Source: Escherichia coli (GTDB taxonomy: Bacteria; Pseudomonadota; Gammaproteobacteria; Enterobacterales; Enterobacteriaceae). From it: a stretch of 64,000 nucleotides of DNA. Numbering within the stretch: position 1 is the first letter of the stretch; the number at the start of each line of letters is the position of its first letter. Made by a program: the position numbers and the translations under genes. Below the pieces are notes generated by a model that was not told the DNA's origin, made no database searches, and saw nothing but the letters and a program-made list of their open reading frames with translations. The DNA lies in assembly GCF_022846255.1 (NCBI RefSeq), contig NZ_AP025682.1; one strand, written 5' to 3'. Positions 53,876-63,440 of this stretch are shown here, one piece after another.

Positions 53876-54570
53876 TGCAGATCCTCAAAGTGATCGGCCT
53901 GTTGATGGAGTATCCGGACGAGCTGTTATGGGAATGTAAGGAGGACGCGCTGGCGTTGATCCGCCGCGACGCACCGATGCTTACGGATTTTACCCGCAAC
54001 CTGCTTAACGCGCCGCTGCTGGATAAACAGGCCGAATGGTGCGAAGTGTTTGACCGTGGACGTACCACATCGCTGCTGCTGTTCGAACATGTTCATGCCG
54101 AGTCCCGCGATCGCGGCCAGGCAATGGTGGACCTGCTGGCGGAGTATGAAAAGGTCGGTCTGCAACTGAATTGTAGGGAACTGCCCGATTATCTACCGCT
54201 GTATCTGGAGTATTTAAGCGTACTTCCGGACGATCAGTCGAAAGAAGGATTACTCAACGTTGCGCCGATCCTCGCCCTGCTTGGCGGACGCTTAAAACAA
54301 CGCGAGGCACCGTGGTACGCGTTATTTGACGCCCTGTTGCAACTGGCAGGAAGCCCTCTGTCAAGTGACAGCGTCACAAAACAGATTCGCAGTGAAGAGC
54401 GTGACGACACCCGCCAGGCGCTGGATGCCGTGTGGGAAGAAGAACAGGTGAAGTTTATTGAAGATAACGCCACGGCGTGTGACAGCTCGCCGCTTAATCA
54501 ATATCAGCGACGCTTTAGCCAGGATGTCGCGCCGCAGTATGTCGACATCAGTGCGGGAGGTGGGAAATGA
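53875..54570 (+). CDS. narW: Nitrate reductase Z assembly chaperone (NarJ paralogue)
   Basis: 231 aa. Confidence 0.93.
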   Translation: MQILKVIGLLMEYPDELLWECKEDALALIRRDAPMLTDFTRNLLNAPLLDKQAEWCEVFDRGRTTSLLLFEHVHAESRDRGQAMVDLLAEYEKVGLQLNCRELPDYLPLYLEYLSVLPDDQSKEGLLNVAPILALLGGRLKQREAPWYALFDALLQLAGSPLSSDSVTKQIRSEERDDTRQALDAVWEEEQVKFIEDNATACDSSPLNQYQRRFSQDVAPQYVDISAGGGK

Positions 54571-55247
54571 TTCAGTATCTGAACGTCTTTTTTTACGATA
54601 TCTACCCGTACTTGTGTGGCACGGTTTTTATCCTTGGAAGCTGGCTGCGCTACGATTACGGGCAGTATACCTGGCGTGCCGCCTCCAGCCAGATGCTGGA
54701 TAAACGCGGGATGGTGCTATGGTCGAACTTGTTCCATATCGGCATTCTGGGGATCTTCTTCGGTCATCTGTTCGGCATGTTAACGCCGCACTGGATGTAC
54801 GCGTGGTTTCTGCCGGTGGCGGTAAAACAGCAGATGGCGATGATCCTCGGCGGAATATGCGGGGTATTGACGCTGATTGGCGGTGCGGGGCTACTGGTGC
54901 GTCGTTTAACAAATCCGCGTATCAGGGTGACGTCTTCTGGTGCGGATATCCTGATCCTCGCCATTTTGTTAATTCAGTGCATTCTTGGGTTAACCACCAT
55001 TCCTTTTTCAGCACAACATCCGGACGGCAGTGAAATGATGAAGCTGGTGGGCTGGGCGCAAAGCATTGTCACTTTCCAGGGCGGTGCATCTACGCATCTT
55101 GATGGTGTCGCCTTTATATTCCGCGTTCATCTGGTGCTTGGAATGACCATCTTCCTGCTCTTCCCGTTCACCCGACTGGTGCATGTCTGGAGCGCGCCGT
55201 TTGAGTACTTTACTCGTCGGTATCAGATTGTGCGTTCGCGGCGTTAA
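54567..55247 (+). CDS. narV: Nitrate reductase Z gamma subunit (cytochrome b)
   Basis: 226 aa, polytopic. Confidence 0.93.
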   Translation: MIQYLNVFFYDIYPYLCGTVFILGSWLRYDYGQYTWRAASSQMLDKRGMVLWSNLFHIGILGIFFGHLFGMLTPHWMYAWFLPVAVKQQMAMILGGICGVLTLIGGAGLLVRRLTNPRIRVTSSGADILILAILLIQCILGLTTIPFSAQHPDGSEMMKLVGWAQSIVTFQGGASTHLDGVAFIFRVHLVLGMTIFLLFPFTRLVHVWSAPFEYFTRRYQIVRSRR

Positions 55248-55326
55248 TTCTCACGCGGGCCGGATAGCCCTTCGCTCTCCGGCCACTTGCAGGCTATGAT
55301 AGTTCTCCAGCCACAGGAGAACATTA

Positions 55327-56220
55327 ATGAAACCGCAGGTTTACCACGTCGATGCTTTTACCTCTCAACCGTTTCGCGGCAATTCTGCCGGTGTTGTTTT
55401 CCCCGCCGATAATCTCAGTGAAGCGCAAATGCAGCTTATCGCCCGCGAGTTAGGTCATTCGGAAACTGCTTTTCTGCTGCACAGAGACGACAGCGATGTG
55501 CGCATCCGCTACTTTACGCCAACGGTTGAAGTTCCGATTTGTGGTCACGCGACAGTAGCTGCGCACTATGTACGTGCAAAGGTGTTAGGTTTAGGAAATT
55601 GCACGGTCTGGCAAACATCGCTGGCAGGAAAACATCGCGTGACTATCGAAAAGCACAACGATGATTATCGTATTTCGCTGGAACAAGGTACGCCGGGCTT
55701 TGAGCCACCGCTGGAAGGTGAAACACGTGCGGCGATTATCAACGCGCTTCATCTCACTGAAGACGATATTCTGCCAGGCTTGCCAATTCAGGTGGCAACC
55801 ACAGGACACTCAAAAGTGATGATCCCACTGAAACCGGAAGTGGATATCGACGCCCTTTCGCCTGACCTTAATGCGCTGACCGCTATCAGCAAACAGATTG
55901 GCTGCAATGGTTTCTTCCCGTTCCAGATCCGCCCAGACAAAAACGAAACCGACGGTCGTATGTTCTCGCCTGCCATTGGTATTGTGGAAGATCCGGTGAC
56001 TGGCAATGCCAATGGCCCGATGGGTGCATGGTTAGTACATCACAACGTATTGCCCCACGATGGCAACGTGTTGCGTGTTAAAGGCCATCAGGGGCGCGCA
56101 TTAGGGCGTGACGGCGTGATTGAAGTGACGGTGACAATTCGTGATAACCAACCGGAGAAAGTCACCATTTCTGGCGTGGCGGTGATTTTGTTTCATGCCG
56201 AATGGGCAATTGAACTCTGA
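55327..56220 (+). CDS. yddE: PhzF-family isomerase-like protein
   Basis: 297 aa. Confidence 0.9.
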   Translation: MKPQVYHVDAFTSQPFRGNSAGVVFPADNLSEAQMQLIARELGHSETAFLLHRDDSDVRIRYFTPTVEVPICGHATVAAHYVRAKVLGLGNCTVWQTSLAGKHRVTIEKHNDDYRISLEQGTPGFEPPLEGETRAAIINALHLTEDDILPGLPIQVATTGHSKVMIPLKPEVDIDALSPDLNALTAISKQIGCNGFFPFQIRPDKNETDGRMFSPAIGIVEDPVTGNANGPMGAWLVHHNVLPHDGNVLRVKGHQGRALGRDGVIEVTVTIRDNQPEKVTISGVAVILFHAEWAIEL

Positions 56221-56227
56221 AACCGTT

Positions 56228-56303
56228 GCCTGATGCGCTTCGCTTATCAGGTCTACAACCGGGCTAATGTAGGCCGGATAAGGCGTTTACGCCACATCCG
56301 GCA
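56228..56303. repeat. REP (repetitive extragenic palindromic) element pair between yddE and nhoA
   Basis: gcctgatgcgcttcgcttatcaggtctac and tgtaggccggataaggcgtttacgccacatccggca match REP consensus. Confidence 0.75.
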
Positions 56304-56315
56304 ACCTGACATAAA

Positions 56316-57161
56316 TTATTTTCCCGCCTCCGGGTGCGTATCAAACGCCGCCATCACCAGCGCTAACTCATCCACAGTAAAGCCATGTTTCGCATCATCT
56401 ACGCCCAGACCAAACTGTTCCTGCATCACGGCATATAACGACGCCACATCTGGTAGATTTCGCTGCTCAACTGCGTGCCCATTTTCATAATGGGTAAAAT
56501 GAAAATTGGTCAGCGTTAGCTTGCCACCGTCCGGCAAATGGCGACACATCAGCAAATGATGGCGAAAATGCGACTGCGGCCAGTGCGCCGACCAGAAATT
56601 GCCCATCACATAATCGCTTTGTTGCTGCTCGCAGAGATCAAAACGGTACATCGACTGCCAGTGCTGATGATGATTAAACTGCAACACCCAATCATCACCC
56701 TCCTGCAACAACCGATACTCTCCGTGTGGCGTGGTTTGCATGATATCCGGCATTAAACGAATCGGCGCGGTTAGCGTCTGCCCACCGAAACCGACATCAG
56801 CAATCCATTTTTCCCCTTCCAGTTCCACCAACAGCAAACGATGGGTGCGCGGCGGTAATGCTGGCGGATTTGATAACACTACGCGCCCTAACAAGCTGCG
56901 AACGTTAAACCCCAGCTCGCGTAACACCCGCTCAAACACGCCATTCTGCTCAAAACAGTAACCACCACGACGGGCTATCACCAGTTTCTCTTCCAGCGAT
57001 TGATCATCAAGCTGTATTTCCCTCGGCAGCAAAACGTCGAGATTTTCAAACGGAATGGTGCAATTGTGTTTCAGGTGCAATGCACGCAGCGTATCAATAT
57101 TGGCCGCAGCAGCTCCCAACCAGTTAATACGGGCAAAATAATGATTCAGAATGGGCGTCAT
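56316..57161 (-). CDS. nhoA: Arylamine N-acetyltransferase (N-hydroxyarylamine O-acetyltransferase)
   Basis: 281 aa, MTPILNHYFARINW…; catalytic Cys context GGYCFEQN. Confidence 0.93.
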   Translation of the reverse strand: MTPILNHYFARINWLGAAAANIDTLRALHLKHNCTIPFENLDVLLPREIQLDDQSLEEKLVIARRGGYCFEQNGVFERVLRELGFNVRSLLGRVVLSNPPALPPRTHRLLLVELEGEKWIADVGFGGQTLTAPIRLMPDIMQTTPHGEYRLLQEGDDWVLQFNHHQHWQSMYRFDLCEQQQSDYVMGNFWSAHWPQSHFRHHLLMCRHLPDGGKLTLTNFHFTHYENGHAVEQRNLPDVASLYAVMQEQFGLGVDDAKHGFTVDELALVMAAFDTHPEAGK

Positions 57162-57335
57162 CAGGCGTTTCCCTTAGTGGTTTTCTCAACTTATAACCTG
57201 GAATAGACGCCGCACTGGCTATTTTGTGCGATCGCGGACATGCATCACGTTCGCAAATCGCCAATCCCGTTAATTTCGTTACTTATTGCGTTACGAGCTA
57301 CGCTTTTAAAACACCCTTCATAGCGAGGCGATATC

Positions 57336-57905
57336 GTGAGCCGATTCATCCCTGTCGAATTACACCATGCCAGCCGTCTGTTAAATCATGGCCCAACTGT
57401 CTTGATCACCAGTTTCGATGAGCAATCCCAGCGGCGTAACATTATGGCAGCAGCCTGGTCAATGCCGGTGGAGTTTGAACCGCCACGCGTGGCGATTGTG
57501 GTAGATAAATCGACATGGACCAGGGAGTTGATTGAACGTAACGGTAAGTTTGGCATCGTTATCCCGGGCGTTGCGGCGACTAACTGGACGTGGGCGGTGG
57601 GAAGTGTGTCGGGGCGTGATGAAGATAAGTTTAATTGCTATGGTATTCCGGTTGTGAAAGGTCCGGTGCTTGGTTTGCCGCTGGTCGAGGAAAAATGTCT
57701 GGCGTGGATGGAGTGTCGCCTGCTACCTGCAACTTCCGCGCAAGAAAAATACGATACGCTATTTGGCGAAGTGGTATCTGCAGCGGCAGACGCACGAGTA
57801 TTTGTCGAAGGCCGCTGGCAGTTTGATGATGACAAACTCAATACGTTGCATCATTTAGGTGCTGGCACGTTTGTTACCAGCGGCAAGCGTGTTACGGCAG
57901 GTTAA
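57336..57905 (+). CDS. yddH: Flavin-reductase-like domain protein
   Basis: 189 aa. Confidence 0.88.
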   Translation: MSRFIPVELHHASRLLNHGPTVLITSFDEQSQRRNIMAAAWSMPVEFEPPRVAIVVDKSTWTRELIERNGKFGIVIPGVAATNWTWAVGSVSGRDEDKFNCYGIPVVKGPVLGLPLVEEKCLAWMECRLLPATSAQEKYDTLFGEVVSAAADARVFVEGRWQFDDDKLNTLHHLGAGTFVTSGKRVTAG

Positions 57906-57908
57906 GCA

Positions 57909-58136
57909 TTACATGCTGTAACCGGGTTTCTTTATCAAAGCCTCCATTTGGGGCTCGACTTCGGCATCCCAGATAGCTTGCCAAGATTCTGGTTGAATCT
58001 GCTGTAGAGAAATGCTTATCGAGCTATCTTTACTGTTCAGATGGCGAATAATAACGTCGGTAATATCTGCAGCAAGTGCTGCTTTTTGTTGTTCGTCCAG
58101 TTCACGCGGAAAACATTTAATGTCTATGTGCGGCAT
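57909..58136 (-). CDS. pptA: Tautomerase (4-oxalocrotonate tautomerase family)
   Basis: 75 aa from [18 protein letters not shown]… with N-terminal Pro after Met. Confidence 0.88.
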   Translation of the reverse strand: MPHIDIKCFPRELDEQQKAALAADITDVIIRHLNSKDSSISISLQQIQPESWQAIWDAEVEPQMEALIKKPGYSM

Positions 58137-58441
58137 GATTGTGCTCCTTTTGAAAGATGTCAGTAAAATTAACACACGTTGTGAATGTCGTGTGTCCGGT
58201 AATGCGTTTTTACGGCAATAATGCCTACTTGAAATTGTACATATTTGTACTACACACTTTTAAATAAAGCGCCAATGAAAACGTTAACTTGCAGAATATA
58301 TTCTTCGCCAACATGCCATTAAGAAAACATCAAGTTCCCGGCTTGCCAATTTGTTAACGCCCATTATAGTTATTCTTGCCCTCACTAAAAATTTTCATCC
58401 GTAATTACCCCCAATAAAAATCCATTCTGGAGACGCTTAAG

Positions 58442-60418
58442 ATGCAGCTTAATCATATCGTTAAAAGTCTGCTAATAACGGGATTATTCACCACCAGTTC
58501 TTTACCTCTCCTCGCGGCGGAAGCTCCTAAAGACGCCACCGCAGCCACGCAACAAGCAAACAATTTACTCTACAACCAGTTGCCGTTTGCCGATAACACT
58601 GACTTTACTGATGCCCATAAAGGTTTTATTGCCCCTATCCCTCAAGACGTGATTAAGGGCGAACAAGGGAATGTTATCTGGGATCCACAACATTACGCTT
58701 TTATCAAAGAAGGCGATAAAGCCCCTGATACGGTGAATCCGAGTTTATGGCGTCAGGCGCAACTGATAAATATCAGCGGGTTATTCGAAGTAACTGAAGG
58801 TGTCTATCAGATTCGCAATCTCGATCTATCAAATATGACCATCATTGAAGGCAAAGAGGGTATTACCGTCGTTGATCCCCTTGTTTCAGCAGAAACAGCC
58901 AAAGTGGGTATGGATCTCTATTACAAAAATCGCGGCAAAAAACCGGTAGTGGCGGTTATCTATACACACAGTCATGTCGATCACTACGGTGGTGTTCGTG
59001 GCGTAATTGATGAAGCTGACGTTAAATCAGGCAAAGTTAAAATCTATGCGCCAGCCGGATTTTTGGAGGAAGCCGTTTCCGAAAACATCATGGCTGGCAA
59101 TGTTATGAGCCGACGAGCCAGTTATATGTATGGCAACTTATTGAAACCTGATGTTAAAGGCCAGGTGGGGGCTGGACTGGGAACGACTACTTCAGCAGGA
59201 ACAGTCACGTTGATTGCTCCTACTAACTACATCACCAAAACCGGACAAATAGAAACTATTGACGGGTTGACTTATGATTTCCTGATGGCGCCAGGTTCTG
59301 AAGCGCCTTCTGAAATGCTGTGGTTTATTGAAGAAAAGAAACTGATCGAAACCGCTGAAGATGTCACGCACACCCTTCATAACACCTATTCGCTGCGTGG
59401 GGCTAAAATTCGCCAACCGCTGCCGTGGTCAAAATATATTAATGAAGCTCTCAATTTGTGGGGTGATAAAGCCGAGATTATTCTCGCTCAACATCACTGG
59501 CCAACCTGGGGCAACGATAACGTGGTCAAACTGCTTAAAAGCCAGCGTGATTTGTATCGTTACATCAATGATCAAACTCTGCGCATGGCTAATCAAGGGA
59601 TGACCCGTGATGAAATTGCCGCAAACTTTAAACTGCCCTCTTCACTGGCTAACACCTGGGCGAATCGCGGCTATTACGGTTCGGTAAGTCATGACGTGAA
59701 AGCAACTTACGTGCTTTATCTCGGCTGGTTTGATGGTAACCCCGCGACGCTTGATGAACTGCCGCCAGAAGAAGGCGCAAAAAAATTCGTCGAGTATATG
59801 GGCGGTGCTGATGCCATTTTACAGAAAGCCAAACAGGATTATGACCAGGGTAATTTCCGCTGGGTTGCCCAAGTTGTTAGTAAGGTGGTGTTTGCCGATC
59901 CAAACAACCAGGCAGCGAGAGATCTGGAAGCTGATGCGCTTGAGCAGTTAGGCTATCAGGCTGAATCTGGGCCGTGGCGTAATTTCTATCTCACTGGTGC
60001 ACAGGAATTGCGTAATGGCGTACAAAAATTACCAACACCAAATACTGCCAGCCCAGACACCGTGCGTGCGATGACGCCGGAGATGTTCTTTGATTATCTT
60101 GCCGTCCATATTAATGGTGAGAAAGCGGCAGATGCCAAAACCGTGTTGAATTTCGATTTTGGTGAAGATGGCGGCACCTATAAAGTGGAGCTTGAAAATG
60201 GTGTTCTCAATCATACCGCTGGTGTAGAGGCTTCGGATGCTGATGCCACTATCACTCTGTCTCGTGATGTATTGAACAAAATTGTACTGAAAGAAGAGAC
60301 GCTGAAAGAAGCCACGGCCAAAGGAGATGTCAAAATTACTGGCAATGCGGAAAAACTCAACGAGCTGTTAGGTTATATGGATAATTTTGAATTTTGGTTC
60401 AATATAGTGACACCATAA
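58442..60418 (+). CDS. Secreted alkyl/aryl-sulfatase of the metallo-beta-lactamase fold (SdsA1/YjcS-like)
   Basis: 658 aa; signal peptide (…TTSSLPLLAAEAP); MBL zinc motif THSHVDHYGG; not at this position in K-12 as far as I recall. Confidence 0.8.
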   Translation: MQLNHIVKSLLITGLFTTSSLPLLAAEAPKDATAATQQANNLLYNQLPFADNTDFTDAHKGFIAPIPQDVIKGEQGNVIWDPQHYAFIKEGDKAPDTVNPSLWRQAQLINISGLFEVTEGVYQIRNLDLSNMTIIEGKEGITVVDPLVSAETAKVGMDLYYKNRGKKPVVAVIYTHSHVDHYGGVRGVIDEADVKSGKVKIYAPAGFLEEAVSENIMAGNVMSRRASYMYGNLLKPDVKGQVGAGLGTTTSAGTVTLIAPTNYITKTGQIETIDGLTYDFLMAPGSEAPSEMLWFIEEKKLIETAEDVTHTLHNTYSLRGAKIRQPLPWSKYINEALNLWGDKAEIILAQHHWPTWGNDNVVKLLKSQRDLYRYINDQTLRMANQGMTRDEIAANFKLPSSLANTWANRGYYGSVSHDVKATYVLYLGWFDGNPATLDELPPEEGAKKFVEYMGGADAILQKAKQDYDQGNFRWVAQVVSKVVFADPNNQAARDLEADALEQLGYQAESGPWRNFYLTGAQELRNGVQKLPTPNTASPDTVRAMTPEMFFDYLAVHINGEKAADAKTVLNFDFGEDGGTYKVELENGVLNHTAGVEASDADATITLSRDVLNKIVLKEETLKEATAKGDVKITGNAEKLNELLGYMDNFEFWFNIVTP

Positions 60419-60432
60419 ATTTACTGCATACC

Positions 60433-60456
60433 GGGCAGGTATCCTGCCCTTTTTTG
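60433..60456 (+). terminator. Rho-independent terminator after the alkylsulfatase gene
   Basis: gggcagg-tat-cctgccc followed by tttttt. Confidence 0.75.
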
Positions 60457-60464
60457 GTTAAAAA

Positions 60465-61562
60465 ATGGCTGAACGAAGAAAAACGCATCACTCATGGAAA
60501 ACCCGCCGCGATATGGTTATTCGCGGCATGACGATTAGTTTGCCATGGTTTGCTTTTATCAATGTCAGTTTTGCATTGATAATTTTGCTGCGCCGTGTTC
60601 TGTTTAATGACCTTACTCCACCCTGGTTAAATGAAAAAAGCCTTATACATTCTATTGATATATCTGCAACGGGTATTCTGCTGATTTGCAGTGGTTTACT
60701 ACTCATCCCTCGGCAAAAAACATTACCTATCCAGGTGCTATTAGTTGCCCTGAGCCTGCTATGGTCATGGTGTAGTTATCACTTTATTGCGTACTGGACG
60801 CTGCAGTTTGCTTATCCACTATGTGTATTATTAATGCTTAGTGGCGTTGTCGCACTTTATTTCCATACCCCATCATTGCTCGCATTTGTCATTCCCTTAT
60901 GGTTCACCACTCCAATAGCGAGTCTTATGCTTAATCAACAGATCAATATTCATTTTGCTGTTGTATGGTGTATTTTTTCACTGGCGCTATATGGTGGGCG
61001 ACTCATTTTGTTACGTTGGTTTGAAGAAGCATGGGTACAAAACAGTTATAACAACCAGTTAATTAATCGCCTTGATGCATTAGCACATCGCGATCCTTTA
61101 ACTGGGATAGCAAACCGACGTGCAATGAACAGTATCTTACACGACGCGATGGATAACGGCGGGTCATTTGCTCTTATTATGCTGGATGTCGATTTTTTTA
61201 AACGTTACAACGACACTTACGGGCATCCTGCTGGGGATCGTTGTCTAATACAAGTTGCCGACGCTCTACAGCGTTCAACTCGCCAGTCGGAGGATGTTGT
61301 TGTCCGTTATGGTGGCGAAGAGTTTGCCATCATACTTTTTAATGCAACATTGCCGGAAGCAGAGACGGTAGCAGCCAGAGTGAAGCAAGAACTTAAACTG
61401 GCAGCTATCCCACATCAGGCATCTGCTGTTAATGCATTCGTTACGGTTAGTCAGGGGATTACCTGTTCTGCTCCCGCAAAAACGGCTGAACAAATTATTT
61501 CAGATGCCGACGCTGCGTTATACCGGGCGAAAGAAAGTGGGCGAAATCGATGGGCTTTATAA
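60465..61562 (+). CDS. Membrane-anchored diguanylate cyclase (multi-TM N-terminal domain + GGDEF domain)
   Basis: ~200 aa hydrophobic N-terminus with 5-6 TM segments, then GGDEF hallmarks: DPLTGIANRR, RYGGEEF, ADAALYRAKESGRNR; AT-rich; start codon uncertain. Confidence 0.8.
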   Translation: MAERRKTHHSWKTRRDMVIRGMTISLPWFAFINVSFALIILLRRVLFNDLTPPWLNEKSLIHSIDISATGILLICSGLLLIPRQKTLPIQVLLVALSLLWSWCSYHFIAYWTLQFAYPLCVLLMLSGVVALYFHTPSLLAFVIPLWFTTPIASLMLNQQINIHFAVVWCIFSLALYGGRLILLRWFEEAWVQNSYNNQLINRLDALAHRDPLTGIANRRAMNSILHDAMDNGGSFALIMLDVDFFKRYNDTYGHPAGDRCLIQVADALQRSTRQSEDVVVRYGGEEFAIILFNATLPEAETVAARVKQELKLAAIPHQASAVNAFVTVSQGITCSAPAKTAEQIISDADAALYRAKESGRNRWAL

Positions 61563-61635
61563 GCATTAGGGGACTGGACAGATTACGTCTCTCCTCGCTT
61601 AACAAGGGCTGACGGAGGGTAATAATTGTCTATAG

Positions 61636-62187
61636 CTATCTTCTTAGCGATGTCTTTCTGGTATCACATTGGATCGGTGCAATTATTTTTCCTTTAATAC
61701 CCATTATGTTAAGAAATTCAGAACCAGCTGTAATCTCATTGTTTTTTTCATTCGTCTTGATCTTCCAAGGAATCTGACTGTGCATTATTGAGAACACACT
61801 AATAACGTGAATCGCTCCCTTGCGACGACTCTTGTCATAAGAGTACCGGAGCGTTTTTCCATCAATTGCAATGACGTCTTTATCATCTGAAGAATGGCAG
61901 TCAAGCATCCAGTTAATAAAGCACTCATGAAATTTTTCAGGACTGATACAGGATACAACTCTGGCAATGGTATCGTGAACAGGAATACCATTATCAAAAT
62001 CACCATATTGCTTCAAAAAATCGAGATGTGTTTCCCCAAAATCCTCTATATCTTCCCAGCCTTCTGCACCCGAAATAACGACACAAATAGTCAACAGTAG
62101 AATATCCGATAATTTATGCTCCACTTTCCAGGCTTGTCTGTAATCGGGGATAATAGAAATATGTTCCATCAATTTTTTAAGTTCCAT
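61636..62187 (-). mobile_element. ISAs1-family (H-repeat, YdcC/YhhI-like) transposase, 5' fragment only (about codons 1-190, frameshifted near its end)
   Basis: [63 protein letters not shown]… is the H-repeat protein N-terminus as I recall it; frame breaks after …IKGKII and similarity ends about 75 bp before the DGC stop. Confidence 0.8.
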
Positions 62188-62360
62188 TTTGTTCTCCTTA
62201 ATTATGTAAAGAGTATTTGATCATGTATAAGCAATAAAAAACAGCTTTAGGTAATGAGGAATATCTCAATTTTTAAACATAAAATGCGAATTATTTAGTA
62301 CAAAAAAGCAGCGTTACGTGATCTTTCCATGGAAAAGAGAGTAATACACTGATTTTTAAC

Positions 62361-62395
62361 GCAGATTGCCAGTGCTACCAACACTGACAATCTGC
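62361..62395 (+). promoter_or_regulatory. 14-bp imperfect inverted repeat upstream of the symE-like gene (candidate operator)
   Basis: gcagattgccagtg-N7-cactgacaatctgc, one mismatch, about 35 bp upstream of ATG 62428. Confidence 0.35.
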
Positions 62396-62427
62396 TCACC
62401 ACAAGCAACTAACAGAGGTAGTTAATC

Positions 62428-62747
62428 ATGGCTGAACACGATATTACGCCAGAAGTCGCCATTTCCAAAACACAGCGCCGCTATAAAGTCGGCTATGTCA
62501 GAGCCCGCCACATAAACAGCAAACCACGTACTACTCACGACACCCCAGCCTGAACCTTAAGGGCGACTGGCTGAAAGAGGCCGGATTTGATACCGGACGG
62601 GGTGTCACGGTGAAGATTTCGGAGGGGTGCCTGACCATCATCGCTGACAGTGACGAGGTGCAGGAACTGCGGGAGGAACTTTATCAGGTTAAACAGGTGG
62701 TTAAGGGGATGCGGAACGGGATGTTTAGTGTGCTGAACGAGAATTAA
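62428..62747 (+). pseudogene. SymE-family (type I toxin-like, AbrB-fold) gene with an apparent -1 frameshift
   Basis: Frame A gives MAEHDITPEVAISKTQRRYKVGYVRARHINSKPRTTHDTPA then TGA at 62551; frame -1 continues LNLKGDWLKEAGFDTGRGVTVKISEGCLTII…, resembling the SymE core (ITLKGQWLEAAGF…EGC) as I recall it. Confidence 0.6.
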
Positions 62748-62797
62748 ATAATAAAAAAGCCGGGGAGATTTAAAATCTTCCCGGCTTTCTTTATCAT

Positions 62798-63100
62798 CTA
62801 AAAAGGTAATAATCCTCTAATAGGAGAAAATTTTGTAATATCAATACCTTGTAATTTAAAGTAATTAAAAGCATCTTCTATATTGGAAAACGCACTAATT
62901 TCTTCAGTTGCATAATCTTCGAACACTTCCATTTTATTTTCTGGTATTTTGAAAAAATAGGTATTGTATTTTTCATCCTGTTTTTTAATGGCATATTGGA
63001 AAAAATAACTTTCACCATTTATTTCCTTTATCTCATCAAAACCTCTAACCTTACCATTCTCTATAGCAACAATTAATTTTTCAATAGACAAATCAACCAT
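62798..63100 (-). CDS. Small acidic protein, candidate immunity protein
   Basis: 100 aa, D/E-rich; start overlaps the stop of the upstream basic ORF by 8 bp; AT-rich codon usage. Confidence 0.5.
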   Translation of the reverse strand: MVDLSIEKLIVAIENGKVRGFDEIKEINGESYFFQYAIKKQDEKYNTYFFKIPENKMEVFEDYATEEISAFSNIEDAFNYFKLQGIDITKFSPIRGLLPF

Positions 63101-63440
63101 CTATATCTATCCTCACCATTGTCCCATCAGAACGTTTAATATTTATATGAGGCAAAGAACCATGCCCTGTGCCTTTATGGTCATCATGACCATATACACG
63201 ACCAGTATTAGAATCAATAGGGTAATCTTTCCTATAACGGACAGTACCATCTCTTTTCTTAAATTGTTCCATCTTATGTTTTTTTCTAATACCGGCGGCA
63301 TCCTGCGAACTGATCCCTCTTACTTTTTGAGCATCAGGAAAGGCCTCCATCAATAAATCATGGGCTTCCTGTTTTGATTTAACTGTGACAACGGTTCCTT
63401 GAGGCCCCAGGGCAAGATTACGAAAGCCCGCTCCCCGCAA
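63093..63440 (-). CDS. Small basic His-rich protein, candidate orphan toxin domain (possibly HNH/EndoVII-type nuclease tip)
   Basis: 115 aa, K/R-rich with [21 protein letters not shown]; no Rhs DPxGL or CdiA VENN junction visible; its start overlaps the ISAs1 transposase stop, so the N-terminal part may not be genuine. Confidence 0.45.
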   Translation of the reverse strand: MRGAGFRNLALGPQGTVVTVKSKQEAHDLLMEAFPDAQKVRGISSQDAAGIRKKHKMEQFKKRDGTVRYRKDYPIDSNTGRVYGHDDHKGTGHGSLPHINIKRSDGTMVRIDIDG

